In this document: piece by piece, positions 1 through 19,200 of the stretch
How positions within the stretch are numbered: position 1 is the first letter of the stretch
How the letters are laid out: each line of letters opens with the position of its first letter
Assembly: GCA_965112735.1 (NCBI GenBank)
Contig: OZ218955.1
Coordinates: 3,286,001-3,350,000 of the forward strand
Length of the DNA: 64,000 nucleotides
From: Phaeosaccion multiseriatum
Taxonomy: Eukaryota > Protista > Ochrophyta, other classes
Direction: 5' to 3'
Translations under genes and position numbers: made by a program
Notes under the pieces: generated by a model
Databases searched by the model: none
What the model was told of the DNA's origin: nothing
The model's input: the letters and a program-made list of their open reading frames with translations, nothing else

Positions 1-191
1 GGCGTTTCGCGGTAGGCGTGCCTCATTGGCCCTGCACCAGCTTCTGCTGCTCCTGCGTATCACCAACTGCTGCTGCTGTTGCTGCTCATGCTGCTGCTTG
101 CCGCTGGTGACGTGTCTCTCTCTTCTTCCTCCCCCCCGCTCTCTCTCTCTCGCCTGTTTATACATCTCTCTCTCTCTCTCCTCTCTCTCTC

Positions 192-6239
<6,048 letters not shown>

Positions 6240-6559
6240 CTCTTCTCAAGGCTGTACTAACTAAGGAGGAGGAGAGAAGAGGGGGATTGAAGCGTGATAC
6301 GACTCTATTGGCTCTCCTACTTCCTTTTGTCCAGCTCCCGTGGCTGAGACAGCTATACCTATTCCTTCTGCTCCGTCTTCTCACTCCTATGAACTCTTTC
6401 AATTCTCGTTCTCTTTCCTTCTGATTACTTCTTTCGAATTCTCTCCCAGCGGCCTAGTACAGGAGGGATCGAACAATCTAAAACTCAAAATTCTTCCTCT
6501 CCACCTCAACATCCAGCAGCCCAAGCTCCAACCCCACTCCCAAGGAAGTCACAAATGGC

Positions 6560-8225
6560 TCATAAGTAGCCCACGATGTTCCTGTAGAAGGACTGCCTGA
6601 AGCTGTTCTCCTCCGTCACGGAGAAGAGCAATAGCCTCGCGAACAGGTTGATGGTGGCTCTCTCCTCTTCGCTCTCCCCCCCCCCCTCTCCCTCTCCCTG
6701 CTGCCCTTGGCCCAGGTCCATCGCCTCCCCCATCTTGCTCTCTTCCACTCCTTCGTCCTCATCGCCTGTATCACCAACTGCTGCTGCTGCTGCTGCTGCT
6801 GCTGGCTGGCCATTCATGTCGCGCCTCTCCCTCAGCCAGGCCTCCACCTCCTCCACAGTGGTCATGGGGTCATTCACTGCTGCTCCTCGACCTCCCCTCT
6901 CCCCTTCCCCATCCTCTCCTCCCCGACCCGCCGCTTCTCCTGCTACTGCCGCCGCCGCCGCCGCCGCCGCCGCTGCTGTTCCTTCCGATGACAGGCTCGC
7001 AATGTGACGCCTCAGCCGATGCGCCAGCGTGACCAACGTACTCCTGTCCCTCCATGGAATGTAGGAGTCCTTCTCCCACGACACCCGTCCATTACCCCCT
7101 CCTTCCCACCTCGTGGCTGCCACTTGGGCGGACGGCATGTCTTCAAGAGGCACAAACGTCACGTAGGCAGGGTGTGTTGTATCGTAGAGCAGCGTGAGCA
7201 GCTCGGCCTCGTTCTCAGCCGCTGGTGGGGGGGGGGGGGAGGGACAGCAGCAGTGGTTGAGGGAAGAAGAGTAGGGGGAAAGGAGAGCGGGCGGAAGGCG
7301 GACGGCTGGTCCTGAGATTCAGATTCAGCTTCAACTTGAAGTTCAATTGAGCAGCCCTATCATTAGAAAGAGATGTGTAAGTGCAGAGTGAGATAAATAT
7401 ACACACATGCTTATATACATATATATACATACATAAATAAAAATAAAAAACATCATTTGTGCCGGCCTTATCTTTATGGCCGCCCTTTAGGGTTACTCTT
7501 TACATACTCATTCAAGCCCTTCTCTCTTTACAGATTCCTTCCCTCGGCCCCTCCCTCTTGCTAACCTGTGTTGTAGGTCCGATGGAGGGTGAATTCCTCT
7601 CTGGTTTCGATTTCGGGGTATTTGCCAATGATCTGACAAACAGGCTCCGTGTCCATCACCTCTCCGCTCACTGAGAGAGAAAAAGACACACAGAGAGAGA
7701 GGGAGAGTCGTGAGGTGAGAGAAGGGATAGAGGGAGAAAGAGAGAGAGGGCGGGGGGAGAGAGAGGGAGAGAAAGAGACTGGCCGAGATAGGGTAGAGAA
7801 GAGGAGAGAGAGAGAGGGAGAGAGAGAAAGAGAGAGGGGGGTAGGGAAGAGGAGAGAGAAAGAGAGAGGGGTAGAGAAGAGGAGAGAGAAAGAGAGAGAG
7901 AGAGAGAGGGATAGAGAAGATAGAGAGAGGATTACAAGATACACGACTTGGTCGGGCAGACCTCAGCAGAGCTTTCCAAAAACAAAGGAGGGCTGCCAAC
8001 CCTTGCCGCCCCTTGCCATCCCCTGTTTTTGCCTGACATGCAGTACGCTCCCTCCTCCTCCTTCCTCCCCCTCCTCCTCCTCCTCCTCCCCGTTGTCCTC
8101 ATTCCGTATGAACTCACCTGTTCCCCCTGGTGAGGGCCCACCAGACTATCCAGGTCTTCTTCTTCTTGATCCGTGTCCATCACCCCGACACCAAGTACGG
8201 CTGCCTCCAACCCTGCCTGCCCCTC

Positions 8226-8262
<37 letters not shown>

Positions 8263-8535
8263 GCCCCCTCAGCAGCAGCCTCTTGGGCCATAGCAACCAC
8301 TGCTGCTCCTCCTGCGCCGCCTCCTCCTCCTCCTCCTGCTGCTGCTGCTGCTGCTTCTGCTACTCCTGGAGGTGGTGGTGGAGGATAGCCCGCGTCGGCC
8401 TCGTCCTCATCCGACGATGCTGGAAGTGGAATTCCATGATTGGTGTGGCCATACAAATTGAACAGAAGCTCCATTCTCTCCCAGAAGGGCACGGGCTTGC
8501 TGTTGATGTTGAGAAGGCGTAACCTGTTGTTGTTG

Positions 8536-8598
<63 letters not shown>

Positions 8599-10950
8599 GT
8601 TTCGTTGACAAAGTAGGATGGCAGAAAGGAACAAGTTATGGGTACAGGGACAACATATGTCACTCACTCACTCACTCTCTCACCACCCACCCACTCAGTC
8701 ATCCTTCCACTCACCCACACACTCATTTACTCACTCACTCACACAACCAATCATTCTCACCCTCCCCTCCCCTCTCCTCCCCTCACTTCCTTCCTCCTTC
8801 CCTTTCCTCTCTCACTTTCTGAGGCCTGTCGCCCTCCACAGCTCTTCCGTAAAGGCCGTGCTGCTAGGGGGCCTGGGAAGAGGGAAGGGTTTGAAGTACT
8901 GCTTCTCCCATCCCGGGGACGAGCACTCGGAAACCCCTGTCACCATACTTGGCGAGACGCTGCGCGTACCTCTTGCCCCTGTGATGGGAAGCGAAGCGGA
9001 ACCATTCATGCAATGAATGAACGATGGGAATGAATGGACTGACGGAATGAATGTGTGCAATGAACGACGGAAGAAGTAAGTGGGCTGGATGCGATGAATG
9101 AATGCAGCGTTCAAATCAAATGAGTCATTGGGTCCCATGCACGGATGGACGCAATACACACTCAAACTCACCTTCGGGCGAGGTCGACGGTGTTCACCTT
9201 GGTGGCGAGAGCGTTGGCTGCCCGCGGAGTGGCGTAGACCTTGGTCCCGTCAAAGCACACTCCACAGCAGTCCACATCGAAACCATCGAGCCGCTCGAAC
9301 GGGTCCTTCGCTACCTGCAGGATGATCTGGGGTCATAGGGGCGGGGAGGTGGGTGGGAAAGATGAAAGTTTGAACTTCCAGTTTGCGGTCCAAGCTAGGT
9401 TTTACTCACACAAGAGTTGCCGCTGTAGTACCAACCTGCAGATGGCGCCACCCTGCGCGCACGAAGGTGATTGTCTGAGGGGTTCGAACTGCGTAGTTGA
9501 TGGGGGTGTAACGTCCGTCTACCGCCATAATAAAAGCCTCCGGAGTGCCGGGCTCCGGCTCCGGCTCGGGGGGGTATGACTGAAGGAGAAGGGGGGGGGG
9601 AGGGGCACAAACGGTTACGAGGGGCAACCCGTGAGTGGTGGAAGGGCGTGGGAGGGAGGGAGGGAGGGAGGGGGGAAAGAGGTAGAGAAGGAGGGAGGGA
9701 GAGAGGGAGAGAGAGAGAGAGAGGGAGGAAGAGAGGGAGGGGGGGAGGGAGGGAGAGGGCGGGGAGGGAGGGAAGAGGAAGAGAAGGAGGGAGGAGGAGG
9801 GGAGATTCTGACTGACCTTGACGAATGCTCTGTAAACCTCAAGGATTTTCTGTCTGGCCTCGTCCTCCGTAAGGTCATGCAGGAACAGATCAATGTCACT
9901 CTGGTTTGTGTCGCAGAGGTAGCAGCCGCAGCAGCAGCAGCAAGCAAGCAAGCAAGCAACATGCGACAGGACATGGGATTGAGGGGCAAGGCGGTATGCC
10001 GTGACGATGGGCTTTGCCCTCGGAGAGCGTTGGGTGTGTGACGAGAAGAAAAGATTAGAGCATTGGATGTACGGCAGAGTCACAAAAGCCGAACGGTTAG
10101 CACCGGTAGTGAGAGTTGCAGTACCTGTGCCCAGGGGCCCGGTGGATCGTTACCCCGCTCGGACGTGGGCTTTGCGTACAGAGCTTCGACCTGGATTGAG
10201 GTGTATAGGGGGAATAGAGAGAGAGAGAGGGGCAAGAGAGGGACAGGATGGGTACATAGAGAGAGAAGAGGAATAGAGGTCTCTGAGAAAACGAAGTGAA
10301 GTACTGCACTCACTCAGAAATAAAGGAGAGTAACAGCAGAGGGCGAAGAGGTTCGATGAGACAGAGTCTGGCGTACTGGAAGGGAGTAGACGAAGGCACA
10401 TTCCCCCGTCACAATAGGAACTCACCACGCTGCCACCCGCAACAACCATGCCCTTCCACAGGTCGGGGGTGAAGTACTTCGCATCCAAGATGGAGGGAAG
10501 GGCATCCAGAAACTTACTGTACGACCGAGGCTCCTTGCGTGAGGAAGCAAGGGACAGAGGGAGGGATGGAGGGAGAGGGGAGTCGACGCGCGTCAGGCAT
10601 GCGTGAGAGAGGAAGGGAGGCAGGAGAGACGGAGAGACGCACCACCAACTGCCAAACCGAGCACATACGCAGCGCCACTGTGGAACTCCCCAATTTTTTT
10701 TACGACCCCCTCCTTCCCTCATTCTCTCCATCCCTTCCTTCCTTCCTTCCGCCGCGCAACAAGCCCAACCCTACCATACCTCGCGGAGCTGCACCCCAAA
10801 AAGGGACTTGAAGGAAAACTTGGGCCCACTCGGTGGAGGCCTGGGCGCGAGAGGGCCCTTCTTGTCGTACTTCCCACGCTTCGGGTCGCCAGGGTGAACG
10901 TCCACCATCTTCTGCGTCCATGCTTCGGGAACGTACGGCGGCGTTGCCAT
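6560..10950 (-). CDS. Uncharacterised Pol-beta-superfamily nucleotidyltransferase-like protein, multi-exon; apparent +1 frameshift near 8912
   Basis: The spliced reading is MVVAGGSVVEALY...WAQ|SDIDLFLHDLTEDEARQKI...RTPQTITF..RHLQ|IILQ...GFDVDCCGVCFDG.KVYATPR...NTVDLARR..YAQRLAKYGDRGFRVLVPG..GLRKL. It carries the GS + DxD NTase signature. The last exon is ORF 6560-7162 (ends ...NIVGYL). Confidence 0.75.
8523..8597. repeat. (TTG)n / (CAA)n microsatellite directly before an acceptor of the NTase-like gene
   Basis: Directly visible. Confidence 0.9.
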
Positions 10951-11091
10951 GTTTTTCTGATGAGTTTTTTTTTTCTTTTTCCGAAGGAAGGGATCCGCCA
11001 TCGGCTGCCATCGAACATAGTCCATCAAATGCCATCTCCTTCTCCCCCTGTTGTGTTTTTGTTTTGTTTTTTCTTCATGATTTCGATTTCG

Positions 11092-12158
11092 ATGAGGCTC
11101 TCCCCTCTTCTTGTGGCTACGCTCTTGCAGCTTTTGGCGCCTGGTGGTGTCCTGTCTTTTCTGTCTGTGGCACCGCAGAGGCGCCTTATCTCGTCCTCGT
11201 GTAGCAGCGCACGCTTGTATCATGCAAGGCGTAGTGCCAGGTTCACCATGACAAGCAGCAGCAGTACCAGCACCATCAGCAGTAGCAGCAGTAGCGAAGC
11301 AAGTCCCACTGATGGAGACGAGGACGATGAAGCGGCTGCTCCTCCTCCAGTCATGGGGCAGGGAGCCAAGGAAACGCAGCTCTTTGAATGGCTCTGCGAG
11401 AATTTTGGCGTCTTCAAGAGCGTGACCCTTGGTGAAGGAGCAGCGAGGGGACTTGTGGCCACCCAGGCGCACGAAGAGGGGGACGTGAGTAGAAGAGGTC
11501 TTGTCGCAGAATGCCGCAATTTATCTGGACGGAATCCTAACGTGACTTTCTCCTCTTGCTGCCTCCCTCTACTGCCTTCCCTTGAAAGGTTCTCCTGCAG
11601 GTCCCTGGGGGAGTCTGCATATGGACGAGGTGAGTCAATGATCACGCAGTCACGTCCGTGGCGTGTAACGAACAAGCAAGCACGTCTACTTTGCATAGGC
11701 GTACTCCCCTCCCCTCCCCTCCATCCCCCCCATCACAACTCTTACGCCGCAACCCTCCCCATACCCCCTCACCCCCCTCTTCTTCGCCCCCCCCTCCTCC
11801 TGGACTCTCCTCTTCGACCGACCGTATCCCATCGCTCGGTCCATCAGGCGAGACGGCGTAGTGGGCGGGCTGGCGGGACAGACAGATTTGTGCTGGGAGG
11901 CGGCCGGAGACCTTCGGAAACCCGTGACGGACGACCAGTTCGTGAAAGGTATGAGCACAGACAGCACCATAGGCACCACTCACTGTGCTTTGCCTTTGCG
12001 CCTAAGCTCCACTTCCGGTAGTACCAACATATGTTTTTGATGAAACCTGATGAAATCTCGTCACACATTACGCCCGCCAGTTACCCACGTGGTCTGTCCC
12101 TTGACCCTGACCCACCTTCCTGATTTGATGTTAGACAGTGGATACCTGCTGCCGCCGC

Positions 12159-12200
<42 letters not shown>

Positions 12201-14890
12201 AATGTATAGTCAACTGCTGCTGAGTAATTGCATCACCAATACCAACTGTGCTGTGCTGCTACTCTATCACCAACTTGTGACGTATCAATCAAGGTGTGAC
12301 CTGGGACGTGCGCCTCGCTCTGGCGCTCCTTGAGGCAACCTCGGACGTGCAGGTCGGAGGCCGCCTTTGGGATATGTACGGTCGCCTGCTGCCTCGGCCG
12401 CACCAAGTCACGCTGCCTCTGTGCCTGTCCGACAGCCTCTTGGAGGAGCTTCAGGACGACCTCATGGCGGTGCGTATATACGTGCGTGGGTGTGAAGGGA
12501 GAGAGAGAGATTAGGAGAGAGGAGAGAGAGACAGAGCGAGAGAAACGACGGATAGCTACAGCATGGACGGAGAGCACACAGAGACAGAATAGAGAAGGCT
12601 TCCCTCCCCGCCCTCCTACCCTTCGACTTCTTCTCACACGATGGATGGTGCCCACCGCGCTGCTGACCCCCTCCTCATGACTCTGCTCTCTGCTCGTCCT
12701 TTTTACGTGATGATGTATTGTGATGTGATGCTTCCCTCCCTTCGCCGCTCAGGTGCGGGCGATGAAGCAGAAGGCACGCTTGCGCTCGCTCTTTCCTCTC
12801 CTCATGCAGTCCCACAGATCACACCCCACCACGACGCACTACGCCAATCTCGATGATCAGGCACGTGAGTACCGCGCCCAAGCTCTGGCGGAAGTAGAGG
12901 AAGCAGCAGCAGCAGCAGCAGCAGCTGGGGAAGGAGGAGGAGAAGCAGGAGAAGCAGGAGGAGGATCAGCAGCAGCAGTGGCGGCTGCCAGTAGCAGCCC
13001 CCCCCCGCTTTCCGAGACGGTGCCCATGGCGCTGCAGTGGGCCTTTGCGATGGTGCGCAGTCGCTGCTTCACGGCCTCCGACGACGACTTCGCCATGGTG
13101 CCTTTCATGGACATGGCCAACCACCACCCAACGCAGGTTAGCACCAACCCTCGCACCGCGAGCAGGACAGTGGACCAGTAACTACCCTTTCCACTGTCCC
13201 GAGAAGGTGCCTTGTGAAGACCCGCTCTGTCTCTCTCTCTCTCTCTCTCTCTGTGGCCAACCACCACCCCTCCCACTATCCCGAGAAGGTGCCGCTGTGA
13301 AGACGCACTCGAGCTGTCCTCTCTCTCATCTCCTGGTCACATCAGTCAGTCAGTCAGTCTGTCAGTCGGTTTGCCATGCTGCTGAAGCTCTGTCTGTCTG
13401 CCCTCTCGTCTGTCGATCTCCCGACTGCGCTTCCGTCCTCTTGTCTTCTTCCTCCCTTCCTTCCTTCATCCCCCCCTAACTGACGCTGTCCTGTGCTTTG
13501 TCCCTTCCCCCCTTGTCTCTCGGACTCTCTCTGACCCGCTGATGGCCCGGGCCACCGCTGGGTGTCGATTGTCTCGGCTGTCTCTCTCTCTCTTCGGGGC
13601 GGGCACTCACAGCCCAATGCAAACTTCACTTACGATGCCCAAAGCGACTCCTTCTTGCTGTACGCCCTCTCGCCAGTGAAGGAGGGCGATGAGGTGAGTG
13701 AAAGGGTTGCGGTGGAGGAGGGGGGAGGGTTGAGAGAGATGAGAGAAGCAGGTCCGGCATGGACTCTCATCCTCCTCCACCGCTCCTCTATCACTCTGTG
13801 TGTCTTCTTGCTGCTCCCCCCCCCCCCCCTTCAACTCGTCGGCCTTCCGCTGAGCCCCCCAAGTGCTTTTGTTCATTCCCGCTTGCGTCTATGCTCTTAT
13901 CGCCTCCCTCACCCTCCCTCCCTCCTCCCTCCTTCCCTCCCTCCCTCCCTCCCTCCCTCCCTCCCTCCCTCCCTCCCTCCCTCCCTCCCTCCGTCCGTCT
14001 CCTCCCTCCCCCCCTTCCTCCGTCCTCCCCTCCCTCCCTCCCTCCCTCCCTCCCTCCCTCCCTCCCTCCCTCCCTCCCTCCCTCCCTCCCTCCCTTTTCT
14101 CCTCCCTCTGTTCCTCCATCCCTCCCTCGCTCCCCCTCTCCCTCCATCCCTCCCTCCCTCCCTCCCTCCCTCCCTCCGTCTCCTCCCTCCCCCCCTTCCT
14201 CCCTCCTCCCCTCCCTCCCTCCCTCCCTCCCTCCCTCCCTCGCTCCCCCTCTCCCTCCATCCCTCCCTCCCTCCCTCCCCGCCCCTCTCTCTCCCTCTGT
14301 GGCTGCAGGTGACAATATCATACGGCGTCAAATACACCAACCAACAGCTCATGACCCAGTACGGCTTCTCCATCCCCACCAACCCCCACTTCCTCCTCCA
14401 ACTCGAACAACAACACCAACAGAAAGAAGCTTCTTTCTCTCCCAGCCCGGAGTTTCGTCGCGGGCTGATGGACATTCTCTTTATGAGGGCACAAGACCAC
14501 CTCCGGGAGGCCTCCGAGCTTTCAGAGGCCTCCATCCGCCGAGCCATGCCCATGATCCCCGTGTTAGCAGACGCGGTCCTGGCCCGTAGCGAGCAGGGTG
14601 ACGCCACCGTGGGCGCGACGAAGCTCCTCCAAGGCCTAAGGTCGTACTCGGCGGCCCAGTTCGAGGAAGGAGGGGAAGGAGAAGGCGGAGGAGAGTCTTC
14701 TTCTACCGCTCTGGAGGCCGATCGCGAGCTGCTTCGGGCCTACGAGGAGGGCAGAGAGGAGGCGGCGGGCCAGGATGTGCGCTTTTGGGCGTGTTTGAAG
14801 TATCGCGTGGAGCGGAGGATGGATGCCGCTCTCGCCATTGGAGCTCTGGTGCAGTACCTCAAACAGCAGCCCGATTTAGAGGAGGGCTGA
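11092..14890 (+). CDS. SET-domain lysine methyltransferase (Rubisco LSMT/SETD3-like), predicted plastid-targeted
   Basis: Motifs LFEWL, RGLVATQ, WDVRLALALL, WDMYGRLLP, LQWAFAMVRSRCF, MVPFMDMANHHP, PNANF, PVKEGDE|VTISYG..TNQQLMTQYGF, and C-terminal LEADRELL..LKYRVERR. The N-terminus is a hydrophobic signal followed by VLS-F and a Ser/Arg-rich transit-like region. Confidence 0.9.
13910..14300. repeat. (CCCT)n tract with higher-order duplicated units in a SET-gene intron
   Basis: About 390 bp of polypyrimidine. The unit CTCGCTCCCCCTCTCCCTCCATCCC occurs twice. Confidence 0.9.
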
Positions 14891-15603
14891 AGGAGGCAGC
14901 AGCTGGTGATACGGCGACAGGCAGTGAAGTGAGTGAGTGGAAGGATGGATACCCAACCGAACCGAGCCGAGCTCAACAGCAGCAGCAGCAGTTGGTGATG
15001 CAGCAGCACGGGCGCCAAGAGCGCAGGCAGCGCCTCGGCCTTTTTTCCGACTAACGGCTGACAAAGAGGGAGCGCGCAAGCTGCTGAAACACCAAAGCAA
15101 AGCGGCTCACCCCCCGGGAGAAGATGCATGGAAGCCCTGCGTGCAGACCACCCCTACTGTGGCGAGGTGTGTGCGCGCTGCTACCGAAAGTGAAGGGCTC
15201 GCGCCTGTTGAGGTCGACTCAAGAGAGGGGCTGGTCAAGCCCCATCCACCCAGGAGTAAGCCATGCGCCTGTAAGTCTTATGCTGGATGTTCCGTAGCGG
15301 ATGTTAGAGGGAAGACCTGCTACGGAAGGAAACGCATTCACTCCTGCTGCTGCTGCTGCCCTGGCTGTTGACTTCGGATTTGCCAGAGAAACATGGGTTA
15401 TTAAAAGGCTGGAGTTAGACTGGCGTTAGACTGGCGTTAGGGGGTCAGAGGGCTTTTGCAGCATTGCACACCCTCTCCTTTGATGACCCGTGCCATTTCC
15501 GTGCGATTTGACGATTTGGAGACTCGATACACGTTACACAAACTCCCCTCCTTCCCTCTTTCCTTTTTACTGGCTGGGCAAGGCGGTGGAGCATACCCCC
15601 TTT

Positions 15604-15818
15604 GACCCCTGATGCGCTATTGAGCTATAGCTATTGGCGGCGTTAGCCGGCACGCTATCAGCTATTCGCCGCCGCAGCGGCGCCCGGCGCGCTACCAGCT
15701 ATTGCCGACGCCAGCCGGCACGCTATCAGCTCAGGCTATCAGCTCAGGCTATCAGCTCAGGCTATTGCGTGCCAACGGGCCAATATCGAAGTTATCATAA
15801 ATATTGACATCAGGGGTC
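15604..15818. mobile_element. Possible MITE-like element / IR-bounded repeat cassette
   Basis: 11-bp perfect inverted repeat GACCCCTGATG (15604-15614) / CATCAGGGGTC (15808-15818). It encloses 3x GCTATCAGCTCAG (15722-15760) and 2x AGCCGGCACGCTATCAGCT. No clear target-site duplication. Confidence 0.35.
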
Positions 15819-16288
15819 GACTGTCAGAGAGCCCCACAAGCGCTGCGGCCTGTTTTCCTGTTTCTGGCCGTACAGTTGTAGAGGGCTCCTTCTGTGTGTG
15901 CGTGCGTGAATAGTTTGAGTACCAACTTGCTCAATTATTTTGTAACGTCTCCTCCCGTCTGTTGTTGCTCGGATCACTCATTTTGAAAGATTTGGATACC
16001 GGTTCGGGGGTATTGTCGAATGCGTGCAAAGGCAAATTCAACCAACCGGTTGGAGAGATCGATCACGTTCACCCTCATCACCTTAGTAGCCGTCGGGTGG
16101 AAGGGCTGTCACTGTCACTGAGAGTAGATCGATCACTGCTTCCAAGCACTTGCTTTCGAGAGAGTCACTTTCCATCTTGCTTCGATATCTTGCTTCCCCA
16201 CCAAGCCTCGTTGTTTGAACGAAGGGAACAACGCAGTCCAGAACAATTCTACAAGCTCCGTTCAACAAGCACCGGTTGTGCAGTGGCC

Positions 16289-19200
16289 ATGTCATATGAG
16301 CATAGACTTGGGGCAAAGCCCTCCTTGAGGAGTCCCGTGCCAAGGCAAGACAATGCTCCTCGGAGGCGGCCGTCTACCATGGACCTGCATCCGGGCAAGA
16401 AGCTGCAGGAGGTTACCCCCCCCACGGGTGGCATGATCAAGAACTACCGCATGTCCTACTGGGTGCTCATGAACCTCGCCTTCTTCGTGTCGTGTGTCAT
16501 CGCCGTCTCGGATCGCTTCACAGCGAACTCTATCTCAGGGGTGAGAAGGCAACGAGGCAGGAACGGGAAAGGCAGAACCGCAGAGAACGGATGGCCCACG
16601 GTTTTCCCTCTTCCCAACGTCCCAATCTCTCTCTCTCTCTCTCCCTCTCTCTGTCTGTTTGTCTGTCTCGTGTGGGCGTGGTGGGCGCCCAGCCACGGAG
16701 GGTGGTGGCTCTCTCCCTTGTTAGTTTACTGATTGTTCCCCGCTCCGCTCCGCATCACTCATTCTCTCTCTCGATCCTCTCTCTCTCTCCCTCCCTCTCT
16801 CTCGTAATCACATGCATGCGCCCCGCCGTGCAGGGTCTGCTGGGCCAGGAGGCGTTTAATGCGCGGAGGGACAACTGCATTGCCGAGAACGGAGGAGAGG
16901 ACTCTGTGGAATGCCAGCCCTACGTGCTGTACTTCCAGATCATCATCAAGACCACGGCGCGCATCCTCGTGGTCTCCTTCTGCTTCTTCTTCTTCACCAT
17001 GTGCAGGTGTGTGCCTCGGACGTGGGTCCCCAAGTATCTTTGACACGCACCCCTCCGCTCCGCCATCCCTCACTTCATTGGGGGGGGATATTTACCTCTA
17101 CCTTCAGCCTCGGACCCCTTTCACACCCGTCCCACCCCCCCCCCCCCCCGCAAATCTCCCCCCCACTAATGGTAACACACGCGACAGAGCCACCAACAAC
17201 TGGCTGCTGGAGATGGTGGACCGCAGCCCCTTCCTGTCCCGCTTCTTTGACCTCAGTGACGCGGCCAGCGCCATCTACATTGGCCACAAGTACCTCGGCT
17301 TCATCTTTATGGGCGTGCTCATTGTGCACTTGTCCAGCGTGTTTGTGCCCCTCGCGGAGCTCGACTTTAACCTCGACAACGCTGATGTAAGAAGAAGGGA
17401 AGATGATGCAGCAGCACGGCAAGAAGGGCAGGAAGAAGAGGAGGAGGAGAGGGCAAGGGGAGGAGGAGACAAGATGCTTTTACGATACGAAACGGTCAAG
17501 CAAGATTAGGCGCACCCCCCCCCCCCTCCCACCCGCCTTGCCGTGCGCCATGGCACTGCTGCTCCCCACCCCCCCCTCCTTCCCACCCAACACACGCACA
17601 CCACTATTGACTTACTGTGCTGACACTGACACTGCTCTCGATGTTGCCTCGCTGCACGTGCCCCAACCACCCACAGCCTGTTTGGTTCATTCTGTCTCCC
17701 ATCGAGCGCCACATCCCCTTCACTGGTATTGAAGGTAAGACGAAACCGTCACCCCCCCCCCACACACATTCGCTCTCTCTCTCTCTCTCTCCGCGTGCGT
17801 GTGTATACATGCGGGAGACTTGGGCGTTGGTGCCTCTGCGCGCAGGCGCCATGTTGTAACGGGAAAAAAAAATGTCCCTGACGTGCCCCTCCCTGCCTTC
17901 CTTCCCTCCTCCCCCACCCCAGGCAAATGGACCATCCGCACCGACGACTTCATCCAACTTGCCTTCGGCACTCTCATCGTTCTCTTCGTGCAGCCCCTCA
18001 CCATCGTGTGGCGCAAGTACCGCAAGCGCTACTTCAACTTCACACAGGTAATGAGACACGCACGCGCACGCACACACACAAACACACTCGCTTGCACACG
18101 CGCCCACACTCACGCGCACACCCACCCGCAACATGTACATTCGCCCGCCCTCCCCGTACACACACAAGCACCAAATAACACCTCTTTCTCACCTTCATTC
18201 CACTGTGCCCCGCCCGCCTCCGTCGCCCCCCCCCCCAACCATTCCCCCTTCTCTTGTAAGGGCCTGCACATCGGAGGAGCTGTGGGAGTGATCTGGCTCT
18301 TCTACCGCGTGCCCGAGCATCTGCGCGTGTTCGCCATCAACACACCCTTCCTCGTGCTGTACGCCTTCGACCGCATCATCCACACCTGGTACTACCGCGG
18401 AAAGGTGAGGGAGGGGAAGGAGGGGGGGGGGGAGGAGACAAGGGGAGGAGAGGGAAGAGGAAACTGGTTGTTGAAGGACCGACGCTGGTTCGCTGTCGCC
18501 TCCACGATGGAGGGGAGGGGAGGAGAGGAGAGGCTGGGTGTTAACTGACCGACGCTGGTTTGGTTTGTTGTTGCCCCCAGCAGGCTGAGGTGCATGCGTG
18601 CCTAGGCTGATTGATAATGACGCTCCTCCCTCCCCTCCCTCCGTCCCTTGCTCGCTCTGCTGTGCTCTGCTGATGCTCTTAAGATCTTCGATCGCGAGAG
18701 CGAGTACTACACGCTGCACCTTGACGAGGACTACGTGGTCAACTTCTTCCCCTTGCTAAGAAAGTCGGAGTCGCACTTCGTCCCCTCCAATGTATGTTCT
18801 GTCAGCAGTCCAAGTCACTCGCCTCAATTTGCCCGAAGCAAGTCAGCGCCAGCTTCTCTTTCATCTTACACCATCCCCCCTCCCCTCTGCGTCCTTCTCC
18901 CCCCCCCCGCCCTTCTGTTGCTAATCGCACTCACTCACTCACTCACTCACTCACTCACTCACTCACTCAATGGACAGATCGGAGACGTGTACTACCTCTC
19001 TCACAGCGACATGAAGAGGGAACCATTCAAGCACCCGTTCACCCACTTCCGCTACCGCCCCACCAAGGGAGAAGACATTAACCGTTTCAGCACAGTCAAC
19101 ATCACTCCCGTCGTCGAAGAGGTACGTACGCGTGCGCTGCGCTACTAAACACGGCTGGTGGAAGTCTCCCTCTCTCTTTTCACTCCTACCTTATCCCCCT

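Noticed and set aside
1-115. Coding-like CAG-rich stretch at the left edge
   Set aside because: Too little sequence to assign a frame or product.
10603-11091. N-terminal extension of the 472-aa ORF
   Set aside because: Overlaps the first exon of the opposite-strand gene; the signal peptide begins at 11092.
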